Virus record (IMG/VR): IMGVR_UViG_3300043331_000441
Coordinates: 1-64,000 of that record
Length of the DNA stretch: 64,000 nt
From: a virus
Direction: 5' to 3' (one strand)
Below are positions 18,563 through 28,558 of this stretch, piece by piece. The position numbers and the translations under genes were made by a program. Below the pieces are notes generated by a model. It worked only from the letters and a program-made list of their open reading frames with translations, made no database searches and was not told the DNA's origin. Numbering within the stretch: position 1 is the first letter of the stretch; each line of letters begins with the position of its first letter.

Positions 18563-20035
18563 ATGGCTTCACCGAAGGAGGCTGCCCTCAAGCGGGCAGA
18601 CAAGAAGGCGGAGAAGGAGCTTCTGCGCACACTCGCCGAACTCGGCGGGCGCAAGAACGACGACGACGACATCGTCTTCGCCGGAACGAAGCTCACGATC
18701 CCGACGTCGATGGGGACGATCCGCCGTGCGATCGACTTCCTGGAGCGGAAGGAAGAGGAGATGGAGACCGAGACGGACTTCGTCAAGGTCTTCAACTACC
18801 GCCCCTGGGACGGCGCGTACTGCATGTGGAACGCCTTCAAGCGCGTGTTCGGTGCAGTCGCGCACAAGGGGACGCCGGGGTTCTTCTTCTTCCCTGGTGA
18901 CCCGCCGCGGATGATCACCGTCCCGGTCGACGTGAACAAGACCGCGCAGGTCCCGTGGGGCAACTTCGAGCTGCCCGCGCTGCCCGGCGTCTCGTTCTCG
19001 ACGTTCCAGAGCGACCACGTCGAACTCGGGCCGCTGTTCGGGATCACCGCCACGGGGCCGAAGAAGTTCGCGGCCGAGATCGAGGGCGTCTGGAAGCTGA
19101 TCGACGACGAGCTGAAGACGAACTCGATGTATCGCGGCAAGGCCTTCGACGGCCAGCCGATGCCGGAGTTCGTCGACCTGAGCGGCGTCGATCCCTCCAA
19201 GGTCGTCTACTCGGAAGAGACGATGACCGAGCTGGAGGCCCACATCTGGGCGCAGCTGCGTCACACGGGCGCGTTCGAGAAGGCGGGCTTCTCGCTCAAG
19301 CGGGCGGTCCTGCTGCACGGCACGTACGGCACCGGCAAGACGCTCGCGGCGATGCTGACCGCGAAGGAGGCGGTCGCCAACGGCTGGACGTTCATCAAGG
19401 GGCGCCCCGCCAGGGACGACCTCGGCTTCGTGATGCAGACGGCCAAGCTGTACCAGCCCGCCGTCGTCTTCTACGAGGACGTCGATCAGCTCGCCGACGC
19501 CGAGACCACGTCGGAGGAGTCGCTCGCACGTCTGCTCGACGACTTCGATGGGATCGATGCGAAGGGCACGCGGATGCTGGTCGTGCTGACCACGAACCAT
19601 CCGGAGCGGATCCAGCAGGGCATGGCCCGGCCGGGACGGCTCGACGCGTTGATCCCGATCGGCAAGCTCGACCTGCCTGGTCTGCGCAAGCTGGTCGAGG
19701 CGCACGTCGGCGATCAGCTCGCCGACGACATCGACTGGGAGCAGGTGATGGAGGCTGCCGACGGTTACACCCCCGCGTTCGTGACCGAGTTCGCCGGGCG
19801 CGTGTGGCGCTACGCGGCGGTCCGCACGGAGGGTGACACCGAGCACGTCACCTTCGTCACCGACGACCTCGTCAAGGCGGCGCTCGGGCTGCGTCCGCAG
19901 TACGAGCTGATGACCGGAGCGAAGGCACGGCACGAGAAGCCGCGGCTGGAGCAGGCGCTCGGCCGGGTCGTCAAGGACGTCGTGCAGGACACGCTCGACC
20001 CGCGCGTGCTGGTCGAGGCCAACGGCGACAACTAG
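18563..20035 (+). CDS. AAA ATPase (FtsH/Cdc48-type AAA domain, no protease domain)
   Basis: LLHGTYGTGKT, VFYEDVD, TTNHPERI, RPGRLD. Confidence 0.9.
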   Translation: MASPKEAALKRADKKAEKELLRTLAELGGRKNDDDDIVFAGTKLTIPTSMGTIRRAIDFLERKEEEMETETDFVKVFNYRPWDGAYCMWNAFKRVFGAVAHKGTPGFFFFPGDPPRMITVPVDVNKTAQVPWGNFELPALPGVSFSTFQSDHVELGPLFGITATGPKKFAAEIEGVWKLIDDELKTNSMYRGKAFDGQPMPEFVDLSGVDPSKVVYSEETMTELEAHIWAQLRHTGAFEKAGFSLKRAVLLHGTYGTGKTLAAMLTAKEAVANGWTFIKGRPARDDLGFVMQTAKLYQPAVVFYEDVDQLADAETTSEESLARLLDDFDGIDAKGTRMLVVLTTNHPERIQQGMARPGRLDALIPIGKLDLPGLRKLVEAHVGDQLADDIDWEQVMEAADGYTPAFVTEFAGRVWRYAAVRTEGDTEHVTFVTDDLVKAALGLRPQYELMTGAKARHEKPRLEQALGRVVKDVVQDTLDPRVLVEANGDN

Positions 20036-20047
20036 AAAGGAGGAACC

Positions 20048-20380
20048 GTGCTGAACGAGAGAGAGAACGAGGAGCAGGTCGACCGCGTCGATGACGTGAT
20101 GTCCGGCGTGCGCATGTACTCGCAGATGATCGCGACCTTCTTCCACCTGTCAGAGGGAAACCCGGTCGTCCCTCTGATCGGTGCGAACTTCATGGCGCAG
20201 TTCATCTCGAAGCTCGTCGAGTGGGGGGTGCTCACCGACGCGCAGCACGCGCAGGTGATGTTCCGCATGGCCGAGGAGGCGGCCGAACGCCGCGCGGCGC
20301 TGGAGGAGGCCGCGGGCGGCGACAACAAGAGCGGCCTGACCGATCCGACCAAGGATCTGATCAAGCAGCTCGGTATCTGA
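20048..20380 (+). CDS. hypothetical protein
   Basis: GAAAGGAGG RBS. Confidence 0.7.
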   Translation: MLNERENEEQVDRVDDVMSGVRMYSQMIATFFHLSEGNPVVPLIGANFMAQFISKLVEWGVLTDAQHAQVMFRMAEEAAERRAALEEAAGGDNKSGLTDPTKDLIKQLGI

Positions 20381-20388
20381 GAGGCTTG

Positions 20389-20418
20389 CAGCCCGGCCCC
20401 CGTATGGGGGCCGGGCTG
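20389..20418 (+). terminator. GC-rich hairpin after AAA operon
   Basis: CAGCCCGGCCCCC-GTAT-GGGGGCCGGGCTG 13-bp stem. Confidence 0.55.
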
Positions 20419-20440
20419 GCCTCGTTGAAGGGAGAATGTC

Positions 20441-20686
20441 ATGGCAGACGGGCTGTTCGTTGTTCGCTTCTATGACGGCTTCGATAACGAATGGATCGAT
20501 GTCAGCGACCCAGTCGGCCGCGTTGAAGCTGATCGCATCTGGAACGAAAAAACCGAAGACGGCACGAAGAACACAAGCTTCAATGACATTGACTACTACC
20601 GCGTCTTCCCCGCTGACACGACGATGGTCTTTTCTGAGAAAGGGAAGCGTGAAGTGTTCGGCATCGAGGCTGAGGGACGCCCTTGA
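20441..20686 (+). CDS. hypothetical protein
   Basis: GAAGGGAGAA RBS. Confidence 0.7.
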   Translation: MADGLFVVRFYDGFDNEWIDVSDPVGRVEADRIWNEKTEDGTKNTSFNDIDYYRVFPADTTMVFSEKGKREVFGIEAEGRP

Positions 20687-20895
20687 ACATCGAACATCTC
20701 CTAAGGCTCTATCCCGAGGAGGCAGACTTCACACGTTCGCTAGCCGCTCACGCTGACAGAGAACGAGATGGCGCGCAGTACCTGTTGGGATACGCGGTCT
20801 TGCAATATCGAGAGAACAAGCGCCTCTATCGCATGTGGCGAGATGCCACGCAAGGAAAGGAGAAAGAGTGCCCGTCTGCAACAAGTGCGGAGTGA
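20683..20895 (+). CDS. hypothetical protein
   Basis: TTGA coupling. Confidence 0.55.
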   Translation: MNIEHLLRLYPEEADFTRSLAAHADRERDGAQYLLGYAVLQYRENKRLYRMWRDATQGKEKECPSATSAE

Positions 20896-21011
20896 CGCAA
20901 GCCTCGGCAGAGATGCGGCGTTCTACCAAGGCGGGCCAGTGGCTATGCAAGGATTCCACGAAGTGCAAGACGCGTCGTCTTGCGCTCAAGAAAGGGTCAA
21001 GGCAGAGATGA
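20868..21011 (+). CDS. 47-aa Zn-finger peptide
   Basis: GAAAGGAGAA + GTG; CNKC...LCKDSTKC. Confidence 0.55.
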   Translation: MPVCNKCGVTQASAEMRRSTKAGQWLCKDSTKCKTRRLALKKGSRQR

Positions 21012-21685
21012 GCGACGAGCTTTCTCTCGATGCACGGGCTGTTCTGCGTGATCTGACGAGCCTGCTCAAGTCGCAGGAACGTGCGATGACAGCCCTCTCT
21101 GCTCAAAAGAAGTCGTTGCGAGACGACATCCAGACGATGGAGCGTCGTGCTGTCTTGGCGGAGGCGAACGCGGCTTCGCTTGAAACTGAACGGCAGCGTC
21201 TTGTCGAACGCGAGTCTGCGCTACGAGGTGAGGTTGAGAGACTCACACAAGAACTGGCCGTCAAGATCGACAGGCTTGAAGCGGAGCTGTCTGCCAGCAC
21301 AGAGCGGTTGACGCAGCAAGCCAACGTGGCGGAAGAACGCGCGCGCGCTCTCAAGCAACGCTGTGACGAGCTGCGGGAAAAGGCTGAGTACGGCGAGCGG
21401 ATGAAGCTCGTAGACGAGAAGCGTGAAGCCGCTGAAGAGCGCGCAGCGATGTTCGAGGAACGTTGTGACGCATTGCAGGCAAAGGCCGACCGTCACGATC
21501 GCCTCGACACGGCTGCGACCAAGCTGCTGGAGGAACTCGATCGGTTGCCACAGTCGATGAACGACGCTGCGATCGTTCCTGGCGTTTCTCGGCCAGAAAT
21601 TCCGCTGTACGGCACCTATGACTGGCAGAACGTCGTGAAGGCACGGCTCGCGTTGGTGAAAGAGATGCGAAAGGAGAGATCGTGA
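21008..21685 (+). CDS. long coiled-coil protein
   Basis: ATGA coupling; heptad E/R/L pattern. Confidence 0.7.
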   Translation: MSDELSLDARAVLRDLTSLLKSQERAMTALSAQKKSLRDDIQTMERRAVLAEANAASLETERQRLVERESALRGEVERLTQELAVKIDRLEAELSASTERLTQQANVAEERARALKQRCDELREKAEYGERMKLVDEKREAAEERAAMFEERCDALQAKADRHDRLDTAATKLLEELDRLPQSMNDAAIVPGVSRPEIPLYGTYDWQNVVKARLALVKEMRKERS

Positions 21686-21999
21686 GCACCCAGGAACACG
21701 AGTTCACACTCGATGGCGAGCAGGTCTGGCCACGCTCGATCAAGGAGCGCTACGGGATCTTCCGCGTCAAAGATGGGGGGCGCCCCGAGTTGCTGGCAAC
21801 GTGCCGCAACAAGAGTGCGGTTGGTACTGCGATCTGCAAGCTCGGTGAGGAGGGCGAATTCCTCGACTATTGCGTCGGTGTGATGGACGGAAGAGACCAC
21901 AAGAACCAGAAAGGAGAATGGGTTGGCACATGGTTGGTGCTGCCGTGGTTTTCGAAGGCAGCCGCCAGGAAGCTGAGGGGTAAGGGACGTACGTCCTAA
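21682..21999 (+). CDS. hypothetical protein
   Basis: GAAAGGAG + GTGA coupling. Confidence 0.65.
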   Translation: MSTQEHEFTLDGEQVWPRSIKERYGIFRVKDGGRPELLATCRNKSAVGTAICKLGEEGEFLDYCVGVMDGRDHKNQKGEWVGTWLVLPWFSKAAARKLRGKGRTS

Positions 22000-22012
22000 G
22001 AAAGGAGAACAG

Positions 22013-22468
22013 ATGGATACGACAATCCAGAGGCCGCTGGAAACTCCAGCGCCTGAGATCAGCGTTGCGACGGAGGAACAGGAGTACCGCCGTGACGTGT
22101 TCCTGAGCGCGGCCGAAATCATGGAGCGTGACGGCTACGCGACCGGCACGAAGGCGATGGCAACGAGCGGCCCGGTCTGCCTGCTCGGCGCAGTCGGACG
22201 TGCGATCGGCGCACGCGCAGTCATAAATCAGCCGATCTACGACTTCGACCAAGGCGGATGCGAGATCATCGTCAGTCCAACGAGCTACGACTACCTGACC
22301 ACGGGAGCGTTCGTGTGCGAACGTCCTGCGATCGCGGATGAACTCGACCCGTTCATTATCCAGATCTGGCGATTCAGCGACGGCCGTGGCAAGGAGGCCG
22401 TGGTGCGCGCGCTGCGCGCTATGGCGAACGGCAAGACGTTCGAAGAGGCAACCAGTGGCAACGCCTAG
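22013..22468 (+). CDS. DUF6197-like protein
   Basis: AAEIMERDGY...GPVCLLGAV. Confidence 0.65.
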   Translation: MDTTIQRPLETPAPEISVATEEQEYRRDVFLSAAEIMERDGYATGTKAMATSGPVCLLGAVGRAIGARAVINQPIYDFDQGGCEIIVSPTSYDYLTTGAFVCERPAIADELDPFIIQIWRFSDGRGKEAVVRALRAMANGKTFEEATSGNA

Positions 22469-23630
22469 ATACCACCACGTCTTCGCGTGGTGGTGCGAAA
22501 AGGAACTCTCCCCAGACAAACGTCACTTCGGCACACTGCATCACTGGGGATACATCCAGCACGAAAAGATCGACGTCAAACCGGGGATGCTGCAGAGCAG
22601 ATCCGGGAGTCGAATGATCCTCGTGCAGACCCTGCGACACAGGGACGGCAGACTGCGCTGTTTCCTGATCAACGGCGACGAGGGAGACACCACGACCGAG
22701 CGTGGGCAACAGCAACAGGCGCGTCATTGGCTGCAGGAATCGGGCGCCCCGTGTCTCGTCGTTCCATTTCGGGCGCTACACACGGCTGGCATCGATCCAC
22801 TCACAATCGTTCCCATCGAAATCACTGCAGACAGAAACGAAGAGATCATTCATACCGCGCCCGGCTTTGACAAAGAAGACATCATCTGGAAGCCAGTCGG
22901 GCGTAGCTCGTATTTCTCGGTCGGTCGTCTTCCCGGTCGTACTGATCTCACGTTTCATCGGGCAGACAGACGTGCTGAGTGGATGGACGTCAATGGTCGT
23001 AGTAAATATGTGGCGGTAGATATTCCGCTCCACGAACGTGGAATGACCATCAGGCTGCGACGCTGGAGCGCAAGCATCCAGCCGGACGGCACGGTCTCAG
23101 CCACGGAGTTCCGACATCGGCTTGGGGACGCTGTGTTCAGCGCACAACTACGCGGAGAGAAAACTCGCCGCAAGTTCGTTTCCTCGTTCGACTACCAGGA
23201 GCGCTGGCCGCTGTATTTCCTTGCCGAACTGCCATCGAAGGCACGCGTCAAGACGGTGGACGATGCGATTCTTGCGCTTGCGCCACCGATCGTGCATGCC
23301 GCGCATGCACAGCAACGTGATGTGAAGCGACAGGGAGATATGTTCGCGATCCCGACCGAGCTGACAACGAAGGAAGTCAAGCTGTTGACGGGCGGAACGA
23401 TCCGCAGGATGCAGGGCATCTTCGGCACCGACCACATCGTCACGGAAAGCTTTGTCGGCCAGAACCGCGTGACATACGGACGGGGGGTCATCCACCATCG
23501 CCCCGAGGGGCGCCCCCCGGATCATCGCAACGTTCATCTCGATAAGGTCTGGCACCTGATGGTGCCGAACACCGTGCCGAGAAGGCGCGGAGCCACCGCG
23601 CAGGCGAATACGCAGACTCCTGCGTTCTAA
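22455..23630 (+). CDS. protein with C-terminal RQGD module (DUF6745-associated)
   Basis: KRQGDMFAIP...H...PDH motif resembles 24119..24451. Confidence 0.65.
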   Translation: MATPRYHHVFAWWCEKELSPDKRHFGTLHHWGYIQHEKIDVKPGMLQSRSGSRMILVQTLRHRDGRLRCFLINGDEGDTTTERGQQQQARHWLQESGAPCLVVPFRALHTAGIDPLTIVPIEITADRNEEIIHTAPGFDKEDIIWKPVGRSSYFSVGRLPGRTDLTFHRADRRAEWMDVNGRSKYVAVDIPLHERGMTIRLRRWSASIQPDGTVSATEFRHRLGDAVFSAQLRGEKTRRKFVSSFDYQERWPLYFLAELPSKARVKTVDDAILALAPPIVHAAHAQQRDVKRQGDMFAIPTELTTKEVKLLTGGTIRRMQGIFGTDHIVTESFVGQNRVTYGRGVIHHRPEGRPPDHRNVHLDKVWHLMVPNTVPRRRGATAQANTQTPAF

Positions 23631-23653
23631 GCTGCGCCAACGAAAGGAGAACA

Positions 23654-23857
23654 ATGCAGACGGAGACGTCTGTCCCGACGAGCGCACCCGCGCTCGAACA
23701 GATCGAGTGCATCGGCTGCGGCACCGTGACGCTCGACGGCAAGTGCACCACGCCCGAGTGCCCGGAAGCTGCGGCGCAGTCGGTGCCGAAGGGATCGCTG
23801 ACGCCGAACGGGATCGCGATGCCTTCGGCGTTCACGATTCGCGGTCGGGTCGACTGA
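23654..23857 (+). CDS. small Zn-finger protein
   Basis: Start motif; CIGC...CTTPEC. Confidence 0.6.
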   Translation: MQTETSVPTSAPALEQIECIGCGTVTLDGKCTTPECPEAAAQSVPKGSLTPNGIAMPSAFTIRGRVD

Positions 23858-23865
23858 CAACTAGC

Positions 23866-23900
23866 TTTTGGCTGGGAGGGGCCGCCCCTCCCAGCCAAAA
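23866..23900. repeat. perfect 16-bp inverted repeat
   Basis: TTTTGGCTGGGAGGGG-CCG-CCCCTCCCAGCCAAAA, intergenic. Confidence 0.7.
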
Positions 23901-23921
23901 GTGAAAGGGAGAGAGGAGGCG

Positions 23922-24107
23922 ATGTTCAGGAAGAAGAAGCGGTGTCGTAACTTGTCACCCTCGCCGCATCCGTCGTATCACGGCAGACAGTGCGCGCGTG
24001 ACGCGGGTCATGACGGAATGTGCCTGATCAAAATCGGGCCATACCGCCATTATTGGCGGCAAGAGTTCTATGAGCGTCTTGGACAGGCGCTCACCAAAGA
24101 CAACTGA
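23922..24107 (+). CDS. small Cys/His protein
   Basis: GAGGAGG RBS. Confidence 0.6.
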   Translation: MFRKKKRCRNLSPSPHPSYHGRQCARDAGHDGMCLIKIGPYRHYWRQEFYERLGQALTKDN

Positions 24108-24118
24108 AGGGAGAACAG

Positions 24119-24451
24119 ATGTATCGTCAGGGCGATGTTCTTCTCGTCCCGGTGGACGCGCTTCCCAAGGAGCGCACCTACGTAAAGCGCAAGAGGGGCG
24201 AGGGTGTGATCCTCGCCGCAGGTGAGGCCACTGGCCATCACCACCGTGTGCGTGAGCGGGGCGCCCGCGAGTACCGAGTGGATCGCGAGCGGTATCTGAC
24301 CGTCGGTAAGGCGGGCGGCACGGTCACGCACGAGGAGCACGATCCGATCACGCTGCCGCAGGGTGTGTTCAAGATCGTGCAGCAGCGTGAGTACGAGCCG
24401 GTGATCGTCGACAACACGGTTCGCGCGTCGAGCCGAGCGGTGTACGACTGA
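24119..24451 (+). CDS. RQGD-family conserved phage protein
   Basis: MYRQGDVLL...GEATGHHH...HEEH...QQREY. Confidence 0.8.
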   Translation: MYRQGDVLLVPVDALPKERTYVKRKRGEGVILAAGEATGHHHRVRERGAREYRVDRERYLTVGKAGGTVTHEEHDPITLPQGVFKIVQQREYEPVIVDNTVRASSRAVYD

Positions 24452-24453
24452 TC

Positions 24454-25242
24454 ATGGCAAAGACAGTCGCTGCACGAGCGGCTGAGTTGGGCGTGGACCA
24501 GCAGGAGCTGGTCCGCGCCCTCAAAGCCCTCGCCTGGTACAAGACGCGCTACAAGAGAGGCCGCCTAATCAGATACGCCTACGGTCACTACTGGGCGCAA
24601 GAGAAGCAACCGCAGATGTCCAAAGAACAGGCATGTCTGCTGCTTGGCGTCGATCTCAAGGACGCGGAAAGGGCCGTCGATGCGACCTACCCGCCGTGGC
24701 GGGTTTGGTCGGCGCAGGAGATGCTCGATGCGATGTTCGCGTTCCACAAGGAACACGGACGCTTCCCGCGGCGGGCGGAGTACAAGCTCGCAAACAACCT
24801 GCCTCCGCGTGATCAGTGGCTGTGGCGGGGCCCCTCCACGCTTGGTGATTCGAGAATCCGTGCTTGGGATGCGTGGGAGCGATTGATCGCTCGCGACCGC
24901 CGTTGCACGCCACAGATCGCGATCACGCTTCGCAACGTGTTGGCGCGTAAGGAGGCGATCGATCGGATCGGTTTCCAGACATTCATCAAGCGCGGGCTGG
25001 CAACCGTGCGCGACGAGCATCCCGAGTACGGCACACTCTATGAGCTGCCGGGCGAAACCGAGTCGGAGCCGATGGTGCTGCTCAAGGTGGTCAACTCGAC
25101 GCCAGAGCCGGACGGAACGTTTGCGGACTACTACTTGCGGGTGCCCCCCGATCAGACAAACGTGCGGGAGGCGCTGACGTGGACGTTCAACGGCAACGAG
25201 GCATTGGGTAGTCAGCCGTACGAGCCGCTGGTGCAGACATGA
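24454..25242 (+). CDS. DUF6745-domain protein
   Basis: VVNSTPEPDGT...YLRVPP...EALTWTF. Confidence 0.75.
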   Translation: MAKTVAARAAELGVDQQELVRALKALAWYKTRYKRGRLIRYAYGHYWAQEKQPQMSKEQACLLLGVDLKDAERAVDATYPPWRVWSAQEMLDAMFAFHKEHGRFPRRAEYKLANNLPPRDQWLWRGPSTLGDSRIRAWDAWERLIARDRRCTPQIAITLRNVLARKEAIDRIGFQTFIKRGLATVRDEHPEYGTLYELPGETESEPMVLLKVVNSTPEPDGTFADYYLRVPPDQTNVREALTWTFNGNEALGSQPYEPLVQT

Positions 25243-25439
25243 TCTGCGATCGCTGCGGCAAGCAGTCCATCTCAAGCACGATGTCGTACTTCAACACGGA
25301 CACGATATGCCCCGAGTGCGATGACCGCGAGCGGGCGCATCCACGCTTTCAGGAAGCGCGGGATGCCGAGTTGGAGGCCTGCAAGCGCGGCGACTACAAC
25401 TTCCACGGGATTGGCCTGCCTGCGGAACTCGCGAGATAG
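25239..25439 (+). CDS. conserved small Zn-binding phage protein
   Basis: CDRCGK...MSYFNTDTICPEC...DYNFHGIG. Confidence 0.75.
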   Translation: MICDRCGKQSISSTMSYFNTDTICPECDDRERAHPRFQEARDAELEACKRGDYNFHGIGLPAELAR

Positions 25440-25441
25440 TC

Positions 25442-26026
25442 GTGACGTATCCACCTGAGCTTCGTCAGCGCGCGAAAGAGCTTCGCAAACACGGTCTGCT
25501 CATCAGGGTGATCGCGGCCGAATTGGGTGTTCCCAAGCCGACGGTCACGCGATGGCTGAATCCGAAGCTGGAAGCACGTGGGCGGACAAGGGCTCGCAGG
25601 CTGAAGTACGCGAAGAAGCGACGCTGTCCTGCTTGTGGTGGCAAGAGGGCGGACACGGCGTCGCTCTGCAAGTCGTGTTCCCGTGCTGGTCAGCGCTATT
25701 GGACACGCGAGCGCATTGTCGAAGCGTTACGTACCTGGGCCGCAGAGCATGGACGTGTGCCTGTACACGAGGACTGGGAACGGTCAGGAAAGGGGCATCC
25801 TGCAATCAGCTCGATCCTGGCCGGTCCCAACCCACCGTTTGCCTCCTGGTCTGAGATGTTGCTTGCGGCGGGGTTTACGCCACGCAAGAAGCGTGGGCCA
25901 AAATGGACAACCGAGAAGCTGAATCGCAAAGAACGAGCCGCGTTGAGACGGGCGAACAGAGAGGACGTGCTCAAGCGTGCGATTGCAAAGGAGAACACTG
26001 ATGAACAACCGCAGGGGCGCCCTTGA
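25442..26026 (+). CDS. HTH + Zn finger + homing-endonuclease-associated repeat protein
   Basis: IAAELGVPKPTVTRWL; CPAC..LCKSC; WTRERIVEAL...FASWSEMLLAAG. Confidence 0.7.
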   Translation: MTYPPELRQRAKELRKHGLLIRVIAAELGVPKPTVTRWLNPKLEARGRTRARRLKYAKKRRCPACGGKRADTASLCKSCSRAGQRYWTRERIVEALRTWAAEHGRVPVHEDWERSGKGHPAISSILAGPNPPFASWSEMLLAAGFTPRKKRGPKWTTEKLNRKERAALRRANREDVLKRAIAKENTDEQPQGRP

Positions 26027-26038
26027 GAGGAGGGTCGT

Positions 26039-26326
26039 ATGAACGACCCTCCTATGCAGTATCTACACGACCGGCTGGAGGAAAACGCCAACTCTCAGCC
26101 GATGACTGTCTACTGCGTTCTCTGTCCGAAGTTCGAGTTCGAGGGGACCGCAGCCGAAGCCCGCGCCGCCTCTGAGGCGCATCGCGAACGAGAGCACCCG
26201 GAACTTCTCACGAGACGCAAGATCGTGCGGAAGAAGCGGATGTTCTCGCAGGCGATGACCGAGGAGCGGGAAGCGGAGATCGAGGAAGAGAGGAGGAAGC
26301 GCATGCGGGCGTTCGGGATTTCATGA
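26039..26326 (+). CDS. hypothetical protein (C2H2-like)
   Basis: GAGGAGG RBS; CVLC...H...H. Confidence 0.65.
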   Translation: MNDPPMQYLHDRLEENANSQPMTVYCVLCPKFEFEGTAAEARAASEAHREREHPELLTRRKIVRKKRMFSQAMTEEREAEIEEERRKRMRAFGIS

Positions 26327-26532
26327 ACACCGAGCAGGAGCTTGTTCGCCTGATCGCCGACGGGCGCACGCGCAAACAGATCGCCACAGAACTCGGTCTC
26401 GGTGTAAGCACCGTGCGACGTCTGATCCGCCGTTTGTGCGAGCATTACGACTGCACGCAGAGGGAACTACCCGACGTGGCAGGAAAGGAGAACAATGGCG
26501 GACGAGGAAGTCATCGAATCGATCGAGGGTGA
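26323..26532 (+). CDS. LuxR-type HTH protein
   Basis: LIADGRTRKQIATELGLGVSTVRR. Confidence 0.75.
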   Translation: MNTEQELVRLIADGRTRKQIATELGLGVSTVRRLIRRLCEHYDCTQRELPDVAGKENNGGRGSHRIDRG

Positions 26533-27457
26533 GGCATGGGAAGAGGCAGAAGTTCTGCCTGCTGTCCGCCCACGCCAAGGGATGCTGTTGCGAGGCAGCG
26601 AGCCGACGGAGCAGCTGGCACATGCAATGGGAGTCGCCAAGGCGCTAGCTGATGTGATCGATCAGCAGGAGCTGTACAAGAACATCTCCGGCAAGAAGCA
26701 TGTGCTGGTCGAGGGCTGGGAGCTGCTCGGCTCACTTCTTGGTGTGTTCCCGGTTGTCGAGTGGACTCGACAGGTTGAGAATGGCTGGGAAGCGCGCGTT
26801 GTTGCAAAGACGCTCGATGGCTCTGAAGTCGGTTCCGCAGAGATGATGTGTACGCGGGCCGAGAACCGTTGGCGGACAGCCGATGACTACGCGATCCGTT
26901 CAATGGCACAGACACGCGCGATCTCGAAAGCACTGCGGGGGCCGCTCGGCTTCGTGATGAAGCTCGCTGGCTACGAGCCGACACCAGAAGGCGAGCTTCC
27001 CACCGAGAGCGGTAGCGGGGCGCCCCAGAGGCCATTCGATCCAGAGAGGGATCTGATGCAGGGAGCGATCACAGACCCGCATGAGATTCCGAAGGCGCTC
27101 GACGGATTTGATCCAACGGTTGACTGGCAGGAAACGCTCTCGGCGCTGACGATCGCTGTCTATCAGGAAACCTCGTGGCGAACGTTGGACGAGACACGTC
27201 GCAACGACTTCTGGCGACGACTTGCGAATGCGGTGCAATGGATCAGAGAGCACACGCCAGCGGGAGATTTTCCTCCGGTCGAAGAGAAGCAGATCACCCA
27301 GGGCCTGGCCTACGCGTTCAGCGGCACGATCGTGAAGCCTGTCTATAAGGAGATCCCGGTCCCGGAGGCTGTGTTGAGCGCCGAGGATCAGGCGCGTATC
27401 GAGGAGGCGCTTGCTGCGCCTGATGATATTCCGTTCGGTTACGAACGGGAGGAGTGA
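26495..27457 (+). CDS. putative single-strand annealing recombinase
   Basis: GKKHVLVEGW...SMAQTRAISKALR...GYEPTP; family recalled, not searched. Confidence 0.5.
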   Translation: MADEEVIESIEGEAWEEAEVLPAVRPRQGMLLRGSEPTEQLAHAMGVAKALADVIDQQELYKNISGKKHVLVEGWELLGSLLGVFPVVEWTRQVENGWEARVVAKTLDGSEVGSAEMMCTRAENRWRTADDYAIRSMAQTRAISKALRGPLGFVMKLAGYEPTPEGELPTESGSGAPQRPFDPERDLMQGAITDPHEIPKALDGFDPTVDWQETLSALTIAVYQETSWRTLDETRRNDFWRRLANAVQWIREHTPAGDFPPVEEKQITQGLAYAFSGTIVKPVYKEIPVPEAVLSAEDQARIEEALAAPDDIPFGYEREE

Positions 27458-27693
27458 TGTCGGAGCTTGATCCGGAAGCGTTGGATCGCTGGATTACGGG
27501 CGGACGCTACAACAGCACGACGATCGAAGTGTGGTGCCAGAACCCCGAGTGCGAGACCTATGACGAAGAGCCGATCGAGGTGTTCGCACAATCTGAATAT
27601 GGCACGACGTGGTGGACGCCCGACGAATGTGTCTTTTGTGGGGGTGAATTGAGCGAACATCGTCCCCAACGGGAGGACGATGATGGCGTATGA
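27454..27693 (+). CDS. small Zn-ribbon protein
   Basis: CQNPEC...CVFC. Confidence 0.65.
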   Translation: MMSELDPEALDRWITGGRYNSTTIEVWCQNPECETYDEEPIEVFAQSEYGTTWWTPDECVFCGGELSEHRPQREDDDGV

Positions 27694-28126
27694 CGCTGAG
27701 GCAGCCGTAGAGGCCAAGGCGTTTGTCGCCAAGATCCGCAGCGAAACAGTTTGCGCACGTTGTGGACGTCAGCCAATCGAATGGCATAGCGAGAAACACC
27801 ACACAACACCACATCACCGCGTCAGCAATCTGGCTATGAGGGGCTATCCAATTGACGTGATCGCTGCCGAAATCGCTCGTTGCGAACCACTCTGTCGCAG
27901 TTGCCATATGAAGATTGATGGGAGAGCTGCCGCGCGAAATGCAGCGCTTGCTGCTGCGGCGCGTCGCAGCATCGTTCCACAGCTTCCTTGTGTGGAATGC
28001 GGGAAGCTGTATAAGCCTCTTAGGCGCGGGTTATGCGGCACATGCTACGAACGCAAGCGGTGGCAGACACGCAAAACTCAACCTCACTGTGGAGGCGAGC
28101 TAGAGGAGCAGCGTCCCGAGGAATAA
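27680..28126 (+). CDS. HNH-like endonuclease
   Basis: CARC..EWH...AEIARCEPLCRSCH. Confidence 0.7.
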   Translation: MMAYDAEAAVEAKAFVAKIRSETVCARCGRQPIEWHSEKHHTTPHHRVSNLAMRGYPIDVIAAEIARCEPLCRSCHMKIDGRAAARNAALAAAARRSIVPQLPCVECGKLYKPLRRGLCGTCYERKRWQTRKTQPHCGGELEEQRPEE

Positions 28127-28140
28127 CGAAAGGAGAACCC

Positions 28141-28542
28141 ATGCGAAGGATGTGGTCGCAAGACGACATCCTCTACGCGATCATCGAGTGGGAGGAAGAG
28201 CGCGGAAAACCTCCCGTAGCTAACGACTGGCTGACCGCTGGCGAGAAAAATCCATCGGCGGTGACGGTCTACAAGAAATTCGGATCGTGGAACGAGGCAA
28301 TCAGGGCGGCTGGCTTTACTCCGTATGCATATCCACGCAAAGAGTTCGACGAGAAGCTGGCACGCCGTCTGCGCAAAGAAGGACTGTCTGAGAAGTCCAT
28401 TGCTAGCCGTCTAGAAATCAGCACCGATGTGCTCCGCAAGCGATTGGGCCCGCGGCCAAAGCTAGTCCCGGTTGGTAAGAAGCGCACACGCGAGCAGCGG
28501 ATCGCCGATTTGCAGAAGGCGATTGCGGATGAGCAGTCTTGA
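28141..28542 (+). CDS. homing-endonuclease-associated repeat + HTH protein
   Basis: WSQDDIL...GKPP...FGSWNEAIRAAG. Confidence 0.7.
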   Translation: MRRMWSQDDILYAIIEWEEERGKPPVANDWLTAGEKNPSAVTVYKKFGSWNEAIRAAGFTPYAYPRKEFDEKLARRLRKEGLSEKSIASRLEISTDVLRKRLGPRPKLVPVGKKRTREQRIADLQKAIADEQS

Positions 28543-28558
28543 AACGAAGAGGTGAAGC

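Noticed and set aside
1263-20146. Long minus-strand ORFs (e.g. 1263..2345, 14223..15392, 17450..18562, 18569..20146)
   Set aside because: Antisense shadows of high-GC3 plus-strand genes; no RBS or recognisable motifs.
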